A program made the position numbers and the translations under genes. Of a stretch of 64,000 nucleotides of DNA, positions 49,802-62,146 are shown in pieces. The notes under the pieces are model-generated. The model worked only from the letters and a program-made list of their open reading frames with translations. It did no database searches and had not been told where the DNA came from. Source of the DNA: Phoronis australis (Eukaryota > Animalia > Phoronida); NCBI GenBank assembly GCA_002633005.1, contig NMRA01000691.1, positions 62,001 through 126,000 on the forward strand, written 5' to 3'. How positions within the stretch are numbered: position 1 is the first letter of the stretch; each line of letters begins with the position of its first letter.

Positions 49802-51176
49802 CTTTCACGTAGACGTTAGCTGGGTTCTTTTTATGCGTACCCCATCTAACCATCGATCCTAGCATTCCAAAAATGACGCAGTCCACTCCAGTCGGTTCAT
49901 TCCCCATAAAGAAAGGTTTGTCGCCTACGGTATTGAATTCGTAAACGTGTTAGAAACACGTAGGAAAATGATTCACACACTGAACGGCTTATTTCTGCGA
50001 TTGTTTGAATGAAATTCTGTTGAATGTGTCAGCTCCAATTTATAGATGTGTCCCTATGTGCTTTTCATTGTTTTTTTAACATGAATAGCTTTTTTAAAGC
50101 AAAAATGTACCCGTACAGTTTCAACTCCAGAAAAGGGATTTTCCAGTATCAGGTAACAAGGGTGTTTGCTAAAAGCGTCCTTGCATTATTGCTGGTGGTC
50201 ACACGCAATAAACCAATTGTATACCTGGCATTACAGTAAACACACTTCCGTTGATAAGCACAGCATAAACAATGTATTCGTACTTGTATATGTTACACAA
50301 CGTACTTGATGATAAATGCGGGTAATTATATCGAAATACGTGATATGCAAGCCCATTAGAACGAGAGCGACATACATGTATCCTACATATCGCGTGAACT
50401 GTTTTAAGACGCCCATGTACACGAATCTTTAGAGTGCTTTAAGCGGTAGCATTGTTCTTATGTTGTTGCGGAATTGCAAAGAAAGTTGAACTTATAAAGT
50501 GTGTGTTTATTCCATGTAAAATAGCAACTTATCAACTAATCAACATACAAACGGGACAAATTTAAGATGAAATAAAGAACTAACAGACAAATAGCCTTCT
50601 GCTTATTGTACTACATATACCGTTCCGGCACTATGTTGAGCAGAAGATCAGAACAAGAAGTTGTGTTGAAGAAGACAAGTACTTGTTAAAATTTCATTGA
50701 ATTAATAAAATAATATTATAATACAAAAGCTGTTATAACTATTGTGGATTTCATTTGCTTATGTTGATTAAATACAACACGCTTAGGACCTGGCCAGAGG
50801 TTACGATCTCAGTGTTAGGCGTAGTGATATGTTTATCTATACCATAGCAACGACTCATTCATGACTATTTAGCCAAATTACATGTACATGTAGGTCGCAG
50901 TATCGTTTAGCCGGGGTGCGAGCTCGCGTTTGGCGTAGTAATATGTTTACCATTGCAACGACTCATTCATGACTAGTTGGCCAAATGAGGTCGCTGTATC
51001 GTTTAGGTTGCGAGTTCGCGTATTTCAAAAACATTGCTTTCACCTTAATTTTCGTCAAGTTTGCTGAAATCAAAATTTTTGCTGGTATTTGACGGATATG
51101 TTTATGATTTGTGCAGAGGACCATTGGATATTAGCCTTTGGCTAAAGCATGTTTTACATTTATTGTATTTTTAAGT

Positions 51177-51213
<37 letters not shown>

Positions 51214-54200
51214 ACTTTTAAGTCCAGTTGTCTCTTGTAAGGTTAAGGTGTTTTTCAATTATTGGTCACTAACACTGGTACAGAATTCTGAGCGGTGAAT
51301 TGTACTATGTGGAGAGATAAGTTTATGGAAGTGGCGTAATTCTTATGGACTTAGTCCGCCAAATAGCGTAGTCCTAACGACAGTGCCGTTACTTGCTCTT
51401 GTGAAAAAGTACTTGTGACGCATTTCACTGTGTGGCAGCCCATGCCACGGCCGTATCATTTCACTGTGTGGCAGCACATGCCACGGCCGTATCATTTCAC
51501 TGTGTGGCAGCACATGTCACGGCCGGATCATCATCTACATGTATACATGTATTATATTGGCTTCGTGAAAAAACGACCACAACAATATTCTTCTCAGAGA
51601 ATTTCAGAAGCCAATTTGATAGAAAAATCTCCTGTTTTAGTCATATTAGTCATATAACAAACAAAACGTACCTGCTTTGGAGTTGGCGCACGTCTAAGCA
51701 AGATTTTATAACTCAACCTCCTCGTTCCCAAAAATAGGCCTACTCTGCATCCACAGGTGGTAAGACGTTTCTCACAATATAAAGGTTGAACCAAGGAACC
51801 CCTTTGAAATCCTTTGAAACAGCACTCGTCCATTATGGGAAGCCCGATGAAAACATTGAACCGTAAATGAGATGAATTCCAAATGTTTGAGGACAATGGT
51901 GTATTAGCGCTTTGGTCAGCATGCACTGTATACATTGCACTGTGCCCTCGTTAAATTAATTCAATAACAATAAATTAAATAATAATGATAACAAATAATA
52001 ATACTAATAATAATAATGATAATAAATAATAATACGAGTAACACTAATAATACTAATAATAATACTAATAATAATGATAATAAATAATAATAATAATAAT
52101 AACACTACTAATAATGATAATGCCAATGGTAGTAGTGATAATGATAAGCCAAAATTCATGCCATGTCAGCCCGCACAGTATTCATATTGAACGTGTATAC
52201 CAAACGTGCCGCCCCCATAGGGTGTTTCTTCACTGCAAAAAATATTCTCCAAAATGGTGCCATCTTCGACAAAAGGGCGCCTTTTCTGAATTTCTGGAGC
52301 AAAACTGTGCGAAAATGTTAATTTTTACACACAATTAGTCTCTAAATGGGCAATTCTGTCCGAATCCGCTCTCTATATGCGTAGGTATCCAAATTTTTGG
52401 GTAGCACCCTTTGTCCAAAAATACTCGTGTGCCCCCTGCTGCTTCAGACACCATTTGTTCGTGATTTTGGTCATGCACTTTTTGATATGACGTTGGTTTC
52501 ATAAAACGCAACAATGATAGGCCACATTTGTCCCTTAAGCATTCGACGTAAAATGTAACAATTACGTAAAGTGTAATAACTTTTTATATTTTATGAACGA
52601 CTTAGCAACCTAAAATGTAACAGTAACGTAAAATGTAACTGTTGTTATATTCTAAAAAAATTACGGCGTATCAGGGCACTTTTGAGGTACATGTGTTGCT
52701 TATCGACAAAGCTTGCGGACAGGCTGGATATTACCAATACTTAGTTTGCAAGCTATGTCCCGATTATTGTGCACGACAGTCGCGCACAACACTCTTACAT
52801 ACATCATGTAGACATGTGCATCCTAACCACCTGGCTATCGATTGTACCCGGGCCTAGGAAATCGGAAAATGCTTTCAAGTCTCGTTCCAAAATTGTTTGG
52901 ACTTCGCCTTCCGTGTGCCTTCCTACGCCTTGATTCCAGGCTTCGTTGAAAACCGTTCTGGTTATTCTCGAGACGAAGAAACGCTGTGTCATTAGACGGC
53001 TTGTCGGTACAAAAGTATCGCCGAGGAGTATCGATACCGGAACATTATCAGAGATCTAAAACACAAAGCTAAGGTGCGGTTCAAGTAAGCATTCACTTTA
53101 TTGAGTAAATAAATGTGTTGCTCCATCAAAACCATACCGTTGTTGTTTTCAAATCATTTAAAACCATGTTTTCGTTAACTGTGTCAATCGGATTTGATTG
53201 TCGCAGTTTATCAACAAACTTGTAACTCAATTGAACAAAGGCCGTGTTGCGTCACTGGTTGAAGCGAAACAGCTCCACAGTTTTGTATCTGTTCACGGTT
53301 GAGCTCGAATGCTGGAATGCACAAGGCTCTTATGCATCTGCAGTATTTTAGAGAAGTTTGTTTACTGACGATTGTCGCAGTCTGAAGTCTTGACTATAAT
53401 ACTGTTCATACCTCGTTGGTATGATTTATTAAATTCACCTGCTGGAGTGGAACTTACTCGGACAGAAGAATGAACTTAGGAGTTTCCTAATTCCCCACGA
53501 GCTATTTATTTGTTTCAACTAGAGACAACTCTTTTAAAAAATACCAAATGTTTTCGGATATTTATTCCACTTTGAAACCGTCCCGCTGAAATCGAATTGA
53601 TCTGTGCTTTGAGGTGAGAGTCTTTCCTTATAGTCGTCGGGTAACTCGACTTGTTAACATAAAACTTCCGACGCCGATGCGATGAGGACTGGTGACAGTT
53701 GGTCGATAATAGGCAGCACCGTTCCGGTGTCAGCGTTAAAATCGACAATCAATGTGCCATCAGATAACCCCCATGCGTTTCAGACATCGGTGCAGCACTC
53801 ATTGGTCGGCATCAGCCAACGGTCGTCCGATGCATTTCTGACCAAAGCTTTTTTTATATTCGAAGATTAACGACGCGTGGTAACCAGGTCCTGGTTATCT
53901 CTTCCTGGTATTACTTTATTGCAGGGATATAATGATATACTAATGTTTTAATGGGGCGAAATCGGTTTAATATTATCTAAAATCACGTTTTTAAGAAGTT
54001 TCAGAAATTTGTTTGTAGTCGTTGAACTTATACCAAGATGTCACAGACTTATTTCCATCAATGCGTACAAAACGGGTTTGGGCAAACTGATAGTGGTAAC
54101 ACAAAACGTGAAAGTGTACCTTATCATGTACAAATTCAACTCGCATACTACCAACTTGATGAAACTTTAAATGTATCGGGTCCGGAGCTGCGTTGGAATG

Positions 54201-57060
54201 AATAGTCATAGGTTGCCGATACTAAGATTTACTTACCAGTAGAGACTGTCTTCGGCCATCTTACTGAGTGCTCTAGCTATAGCTTTCTCGGTGATTGTTA
54301 ATTCTTTGTCCAGGTCAAAGCCAAACGTGTGGTTTAAGTACATGTAGTCGATGCAAAAATCAGAATCCTCGACAGTTTTTCCATCGTGGACAATCCATGG
54401 AATTTTATTCTTTGATGAGAATCCATAAAACTTCCCAAGAAAATAGTCATCAAGGTCAAAGTTCATGTTCAGACACCGCTTACGCAAAACGTGAGTTGCG
54501 GTAAGCCCAATATGTTTTTTAATAGGTTTCTCTCGATGCTGACGTAATTTGCAGCAGGACTCCAAATTAAAAATGGAACCACCGGAACAAGGCCTGGGGT
54601 CTAAACATTGTTCTGGAAATGAAACTCGAATTTTTGCTTTACATCCGTTATATTATTGGGAAAATTCAAAACACGTGGCTGTTATTCTGTGTTGAGCTAT
54701 ATTATGATTTACGTGCACATTCATCTAGTCCTAGTTTGCCCTTGAAGACCCTAGTGTTAAGCTATAAATTCTAGACTGAACTCGAAATGTCTGGAAATCT
54801 CAAACATTATCTTGAGTTTATGGCTTTAAATAACCCTATGGTCTTCCAACGATGCGAACTAGGAATAGACGCTCTCTCACCTAATGTACTCTAACACACT
54901 ATAATCGACATATTGGCCTACATGTATCTTGAGTTCTCACAATAATAGAACAGAAAAGGTCAAACATACTTTCCACTTCGATTTTTAGTACAAATATTAG
55001 ACCCCTGAGAAATTCTCTTAGTATGGACGAAAAAGGATTTAATGAGCCTGTTTTGGCACTGAGGTTCGAGTTTGGAGATGCAAGGGTTTTCAGTGTGAGG
55101 CCTCATGGTAGGGGTTTAGTCTGTTTGCCTATGTAAATAAGCACCGATGTCATGACTAGATAGGTTACCCTTCTAATCGAATTCTGTTTCAAACGCACTT
55201 AGACACAACATCGGTGTTGTAGGAAGAAGCACTCAAAACTCACGAATGCTGACCTGTGTTTTGAGTAATTGGCCTTGTATTGGGGTCCCGTATAGTACTT
55301 TGCATGGGGTCCAACATGAGAATAAGTTGGTTTAGGTGGTGAAATTATGAACTATCGTGAGTCCCTAGCATTAACTGATTTAATATGGTAGTTGGCGTAT
55401 TTTTGGACAAAACGAGCGTTTAAAAAAACAAAGGCAGGCGGTCTGATACACGTTGTACCAGACGTGCGGAGGCTGCTCATGAGACCCTATTGCATCGATC
55501 ACATAATGGAGCCTTTTCGTGCTTTATTAATATATAGATAAAACCGAGTTGTGAGCTAGAAAAATGACCCAAGGGTCTCGCAGTGTGGCCCAGTCGAATC
55601 CACGAGTGAAGGAAGCAAGAACCTATCACACTAGGCCACACTGGCTTCTCAAAATGAACAGTGCTGTAGTGGTAAAATTAGAGGTAAATAGGTGCCCAAA
55701 GCCCACCGCATCACCTTGAGCACTGAACGTAACTTACGGTGCGTAGGCGCTACGTTCAAATCATGGGCGGCGCACCATAGGGGGCTGTGGGGCTAGGCCT
55801 CCACTTTTTTCAGTGCTGCGCCGCCCATGGTCTATAAGCGGCGCACCGCAAGGGGGATGGGGGGCTTTAGCTCCCACTTTTTCAAATCTGTGCCCATGCA
55901 AATGCCAAAAGGTGGTTGGCTCAGTGCGCCTACGTGCACCTACGCCCCACTACAGCACTGAAAATGAACTTTTTACCAGAGCCAAATATGTTTATGTAAG
56001 TAGTTAATTCACCAATGGTACTGTAGTATATGGAAGTTCAGTCGAAACGTTGTGAAGCATACAATTGCACAGCACTTGTTTTCAATTAGAATATCAGTGG
56101 CGGATCTAGGATATCACAAGGGGGGCCCAACTTTTTTGTCCGGCTGTAAGCATTTGCGCAAACTGAACCACGATTGTAGATGCGCATAGCACCGAATGGG
56201 GGGAGGTCGGGAGGGGAAATGTTTCTGTTTTTAAAGTCAAGCATTTTCCTTGATTATCCAAGAAAAAAGGCAAAAAAAAAAACGGAGAACGTGTCTAACA
56301 GGAAAAACTGCATATACCAAAGACTCGAACTCCCGACCTGGCGGACAGGTCACGCGTGCGTTACCACTACACCACCACGATTTAACTACTAACTTTATAG
56401 TAAGAGACCTACTTGTTTATGGTCCACAGCGTTTGCGCGCGAAATCTACTTCTTTTTGTAATGCTTATTACACGTTTTATATTTTGTGCCATCAATTCTT
56501 AACAAATTTGTCGTATTTAAAATGCCCAAAAGACCGTTTTTCGTGTTAGCAATAATGACGAGATTGCTTTGGAAATCGTCTTAAGATAAGGTTTGACAAA
56601 GAGAGTATTGCGAGTTTCTGAGTGATTCACATCTTACCAGCAGCTTCTGTTTTTTCATCGTCACTCAGGTTCCATTTTCTTTAAAAAATGAAGTAAATTT
56701 TCTTCATTGCACAGTGGAGCAGACGACGGAAACGGAGTCGTAGTGCGCAGATCCACTGCCGGTCGCCTGGGATATCGCGGGAGAGCCTATACTTAGACAT
56801 AGTTCCGTTACGAATGCGCCGTGTTCCGAATTTGACACTTGAAATTGGATTTGAGCCCCCNGAGCCAAATATGTTTATGCCAATGGTAGTATATGGAAGT
56901 TCAGTCGAAACGTGATGCATACAATTGCACAGCACTTGTTTTCAATTAGAATGTAAAGTTTTCACTTGCCTGGTACGTGATTTTCGCCATTCTCAAAAAT
57001 GTCTGCAATTTCAGATCGAATGAAGCTCGTAGTGTCGTAACTGGGTCCGAATCCGCACCG
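49802..57060 (-). CDS. FAXC: Failed axon connections (FAX/metaxin-like GST) homolog, possibly a pseudogene
   Basis: Exons about 57060-56970 (SFDLKLQTFLRMAKITYQ, GC donor), 54430-54237 (SSKNKIPWI...DSDFCIDY...AIARALSKMAEDSLYW), 53055-52848 (QGVGRHT..EV...DLKAFSDFLG) and 49924-49802 (DKPFFMGNEPTGVDCVIFGML). First and last exons not resolved. Confidence 0.8.
50818..51010. repeat. Two-copy direct repeat (about 115-bp period)
   Basis: GGCGTAGT(G/A)ATATGTTTA...GCAACGACTCATTCATGACTA...GGTCGC(A/T)GTATCGTTTAG occurs twice. Confidence 0.8.
51421..51528. repeat. 36-bp minisatellite, 3 copies
   Basis: Unit CATTTCACTGTGTGGCAGC(A/C)CATGCCACGGCCGTAT. Confidence 0.9.
51962..52122. repeat. Imperfect (AAT)n microsatellite
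   Basis: Read directly; a shorter (TTA)n run lies at 51178-51212. Confidence 0.9.
55433..55646 (-). mobile_element. tRNA-derived SINE, same family as 28378-28590
   Basis: Head GCCAGTGTGGCCTAGTGTGATAGG...GATTCGAC on the minus strand; shared body. Confidence 0.7.
55659..55960. mobile_element. hAT-type MITE with a nested second MITE at 55762-55898
   Basis: Perfect TIR CAGTGCTGTAGTGG / CCACTACAGCACTG with 8-bp TSD AAAATGAA; inner element CATGGGC...GCCCATG flanked by CAAAT. Confidence 0.85.
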
Positions 57061-60000
57061 AAACAAGAACTTTACTTCCAATATCACTGGGTAAAGAATT
57101 CTTGCCAATCAAAGCACCCATTATGCAGATCGACGCCTACGAATGTATCTTCCAGTATAGCAATGAACGACGCACGGCACTGAAACGTACTTTTTGGCGG
57201 TGACGCGATATCCGGAAACAAGTCGGGAATAATATTCAAGGGTTTGTTCCTTGAAAAGTGCGCAGCTTGACCTGGCGCAAACAATGTATAATAAATAAGT
57301 GTTGTCACATCAAATGTAGGCGTATGATACTTAATAGGGCTCGTTACCATGTCATAACCCAGCTCACCCGTGTTACAGCATTTTTCTTTGGTTTTGTCAA
57401 TGACAACGGACACCAGAGAAATCATAGGCCTACATATGTACACCTTCGACTTGCGACTGCATTATAATTATATGGCAGTTTCATTGTCGTACCGGTGCGT
57501 GAATTTTGCATGAACTGCAGGATCACTTCACGATTTTGAGATTACGCCACCAATCGCTATCATGCAGTATGATCGTCGAGTGCAATGAACAGTACCTTGT
57601 GAGTTTTTTTCCCTGAGAAACCGAAGTTTATTTTCATTATTGTTTCTTAGGGTATCCTGAACTTCCTAGTTAATTGAAGGACAGTTTAAAATGCGCGTTG
57701 ATCTCACTACTCAGTGTCCCGTGTAGTCGTGATGGAAACCATTTGATTAGGTGAAATACGAAACTCAAATGCAACGGCTATATTCAAAGTCGTGAACTGT
57801 AACGTAAAAAATGTACAGTGACGTAAACGTGGGCTGTCATTTCATCTAAACTGATGTGGAGAATGGGGTGCAAAATCAAATACAGTCGGGATGACACAAA
57901 CAATGTGGGGCCGGCACAAAATTGATGACGCCGGAGCGGCCGGGTAAACAGAACAAAATTGGTAACGACCAAGGGCAAACGGCATAGACATCAGCAATCC
58001 TTGGCTAGCATCATGTCACTAGCATGAATGAAGTTTACTATTATACAGTAATACACTCAACATTATTTCATTTTCCCAACTCAGTATGTAAACGGGAGTG
58101 CCCGGATTGATGACATTGCTATAGATACCCTAGAGCAGTAGTGCGCTCATTATTATATAGGACATCCCTAAAACATTTTTTGTTTTTGCTCGCCCAATAA
58201 GGTCGAGGGTAAAATGTTCATCTTTTCAGTATCGGATCAATTTTAATTGATGGTGTGCGTTCATGTTGCAAAATATTTCGTTTTTTTAAATCTTATGTCA
58301 GACTATGACTGAAATGTCTGAAGTCGGCGTTCCTTATTTTACCGGTTGACTTTCTCTAGGGCGTTCGCGCCGCTGCCTTGCTCCACTTGAGCAACAAGTT
58401 CTTCTAAATGCCGCCAAGATATTGGAAAATCATCGGCAATATTTCTTGAATAAACAGGTTGTGATGAAGAAATTGGGGTTGTTTATTTTGCATAAGCTTA
58501 GTTGGTAGAACTTGGCAAGTGGTATTTGATTGCATAACCACAGATTTCTTGGACCTTCCTGGCATCTGGTTTGATCTGTAGGTTTTGAAATTTCTCCGTT
58601 GACGTCGGGCAATGCTTTGATTAATCTTTTGTGTAAAAATAATGAGATTCTGAGTCATCACCAGAAATTCGTGAACTAGGCCATCCGCAAGGTGGCGATC
58701 GTCGTGTGAGTGTTAGCCAATCACAGCCTAGGTCAGAGGTCAGTTCCCTTGTTTTGCTATTTACACTCACGAAGGAGGTGATCGACAAGAATTGAAATTA
58801 ACTTGAAAGTTTGGTGGAATGTGATATTGATATCACAGAATCTAAACTACCGAAGCACGTCGAGACTGTGGGCGAGGAATTTCGGCAAGGTGAACGTGTC
58901 AAAGCTTGAGGAAAATCGAAAACAGTGAGTATAAACATGCCAGGCGTAGCTGGTGTAGCGGCACAGCTCAGCTGATTCAGTGACTGACCAGCCGAGTTGT
59001 TGCTGCACACAATTACTTAATGATTATACTGTCGATTTATTGTTAACTATTTTATAGTTGCAATGGTCTGTGATACACTGTATGTGTTTCAATGTTTGTC
59101 TTTTTACGTCTGTTACACTTTCCCACTCAACGACTTCATTTCTGCACGTATGTACAATGTAGGCCTACTATTGAACTTGCAAAACAAGCACAGCTGTGTG
59201 ACCTCAGTCCTCATGCAGGCTGTGTCATAAGGTCAGCATTATGGCATTGTGCAGCAAAACAACTTAATTTCCATTCAGACTAACAAAATGCCGATGTGGT
59301 TGATTTAGTCTATAAATCTGGAGATTCTGCTGCTGATACGTTGCTTTTATTTTTAGGGTGGCTGGACATTTAGCTTACATATATTCGCCAGAGAGACTGC
59401 AGTTGGGAAACAGAGTGCCTTTAACACCAGACTTCACCCCTCTGTACACCAAGCTATTGCTCCCTCTCAAAATCAAGAGGCGGTGAAAAAGAGCACTTTT
59501 TGCAGTATTGTAGTGACCATTGGTAGATGATTCCAATCTTAGCCTTAGGGTAAAGTCGGTATTATCCCAACACTATATTCATTGCATGCAGGGCTCGACA
59601 TAATTAAGCGTGTACAAAAAGATGCTCGAAAATACAATAAAAAATTTAAGTATGAATGGGAAATTGACCTCACTTGTACAATCTAACAGGCACGGAGGGG
59701 ACGTTCAGCATTTTTTAGGTCGTCACTTTTTGCGAGTCCAAATACGGGAATACGAGTGCAGAATATGCGGTCACTCGTACGTATTTTCGAGCAGGCATTT
59801 TCGTCTGTGTCGAGGGCTGGCATGAATATATTTGTGTTATTTTTTATTTTTTAGGTGCATCAGATGTCATCTATGACACCGTGCAAAAGTTAGAGTTGTA
59901 TGGAAGTAGTGCTGATATATTTTAAACTAGATTTTATTTTGTTACTTGATCTCTTATGATTATTTTCACATGTGTTGAAATTCCGTTATTGCATGCTTGG

Positions 60001-61644
60001 TGTTGTTTTTTAGAAAAAATTATCATACGCCAACATTCAACTAGAAAACATAAAGGAAAGGGTTCCTCGTGGTAGAAATTTGTAACATTTGCATTTTTTG
60101 TATTCATTTATGATGTTCATTTCGTGCTAAGTGATGTTGCTGTTTTCACAACAATCTGTTATTGCATTCAAACGTGTCATATGAACTAGCTAAATCTTCC
60201 ATTCTAGTCATTTACTATTTAAATCTGAACTTAAACAGCTATTTAAAGCAGCATTGGTGGCATTTTGTATGTTTATCGTTATAAAAAATAAAGTTTTAAA
60301 CAAAAATTACTCATTTGTTTTTTTCTGGCTACTATATGAACTACTGTTTCTGTTGCTGGAAAGTGCATTCCATAATATTCACTTGTACATTTACCGACGC
60401 AATCTGTTTTGAAACCAAACTTTACACTTCATAAGTGGATTTAGGCTTCCCTTTCGCACACGATAAAAATGTTAGCGACATGTCGTTTTCAGTTCCTGAA
60501 ATCCTGAGCCATTTCTGATACCTACTACTGATTCAGGAATGATAAAATTTCGTAACATATTATTTATCTGTACACTCACCAGCACAATCTGTTTAGAAAC
60601 CAAATGCAGGTGCGAATCCAGTTTTTTTTAAAAAAAGGGGTCCAAGTCAACAATTCGAAAATTCTAGATTTTACATAACTAAAATCAAGGGGAAATGGGA
60701 TCCGCCGGATCTGCCAGTCGAACCGTCAGTGACGGTACGCTGCATCGGTGGATATAGGGGTCCAAGGGGGGCCAGGGCTCCATCATTCTGCACATGATAA
60801 AAAACGGCACCGACATGTCGTTTTCAGGGATCACACGAGGGTTTTCCTACAAAAATTGACGTCACGCCCCTTGCAAGGCTATTATGAAGGTTTATCCTTC
60901 GGAAATTGAGGTCGGGGGCCCCCATCATCATATAATTCCATGGCGGATATCCGTCTATGAGTTCCTTTTTTAATAAATGTGATACCTTCAACACAGCATA
61001 AATTAATAAAAACAGCAATAAAATGTTAAAAAGAACTAGTACAACCTTAACCTAGCTGCGTCTCATGTAGTGCTCTACATGCAATAACTTCAGAATTCAA
61101 TTTTTTTTTAGCAAAATACATGACCGACTGCTTCTTGTTGCACTACTGGGAATGAACATTTACATTCCGGGCTAAATCTTCCTCATTAGAGCTTGCAAAT
61201 CGTACTACAGACCACCAAGCTTTAAGTGACTGTTTTTTTACATTTCTGGCCGCAAACCCGTTTTCAACACCCTGTTGGACACTGGTTTTTTTCAGAAAAT
61301 TCGTTCGAAAACAGCATTTGTGATATCTAGGTCACACTGTTCGTGACCTCCGCTATCGGCAAACAAAGGAACTGAATTATACTCTCCACAGATTTGATTT
61401 GAAAATGGGTTTGGGCTCAAATATTGCCTTCCGGGAGATAGGCTGTGTACCATCAACATGGGCAAACTTCAAACTTCAATGGACACCGAAAAATCTTCAC
61501 CAATCTCTCCAATATTCAGCATAATGAATCCTTAGGGCTATGTTTTTCTCGCTAGCTATCGGCAAATTGCAGAGTTGTCTCCCCTAAATCAAAATTCCTC
61601 GCAAAACCCCTTCTTGTGTGTATTTCTGTGGGGGAATAGTTAGC

Positions 61645-62085
61645 TGCTGGCTGCGCATGCGCACTGCCTATGTCAGATATTTCTGGCGTTGGTGTATGCT
61701 TAAACTAGGTATTTCGGGTTTTCAGTTCATCTAAAAATTCCTCTGTTGTTCCCTTCACAACAGAAAGCTTGACGTGAGATTTTCATAATGTTTAGTTTTA
61801 CTATTTCCCGCTAGGTGATTTGGAGTCTTTGCTACTCTTTGAATGTCGAAAACACCGACAAAATTGAAAAAAGTCCTTTAAAGCTGTGGCAAAATACATT
61901 CACATTTGTTTTCAAAAGACGTAAATTAAGAGAAAAAATCCATCTAAAATAACCTCAAAATTGTTATTAATATTTGCAATAAGGATTTATTAATAATGGA
62001 GAGAGATTTCGACCAGTGAGTGATGCATCTTGGGAAATTTCCTTGCGCATGCGTGATAGGACAACTGAAAATTTGAGCGCCCTTT
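61645..62085 (+). promoter_or_regulatory. Putative SMC2 promoter region with NRF1-type sites
   Basis: TGCGCATGCGCA at 61652-61663 and TGCGCATGCG at 62044-62053, upstream of ATG 62147. Confidence 0.4.
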
Positions 62086-62146
62086 TCAATGAATTGTTTA
62101 CATTTTCTGATTTTTTCGTTTAATCTGTTAAATTGATTTCAGTGAA

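Noticed and set aside
51415-51737. Repeat-containing small proteins
   Set aside because: The ORFs arise from a 36-bp minisatellite within an intron.
55979-56093. Duplicated segment (also 56862-56952) as a repeated exon
   Set aside because: No reading frame matching FAX; the second copy starts at N 56861, so it is likely an allelic overlap.
58340-59010. Minus-strand coding exon
   Set aside because: Stops in every frame and no recognisable domain.
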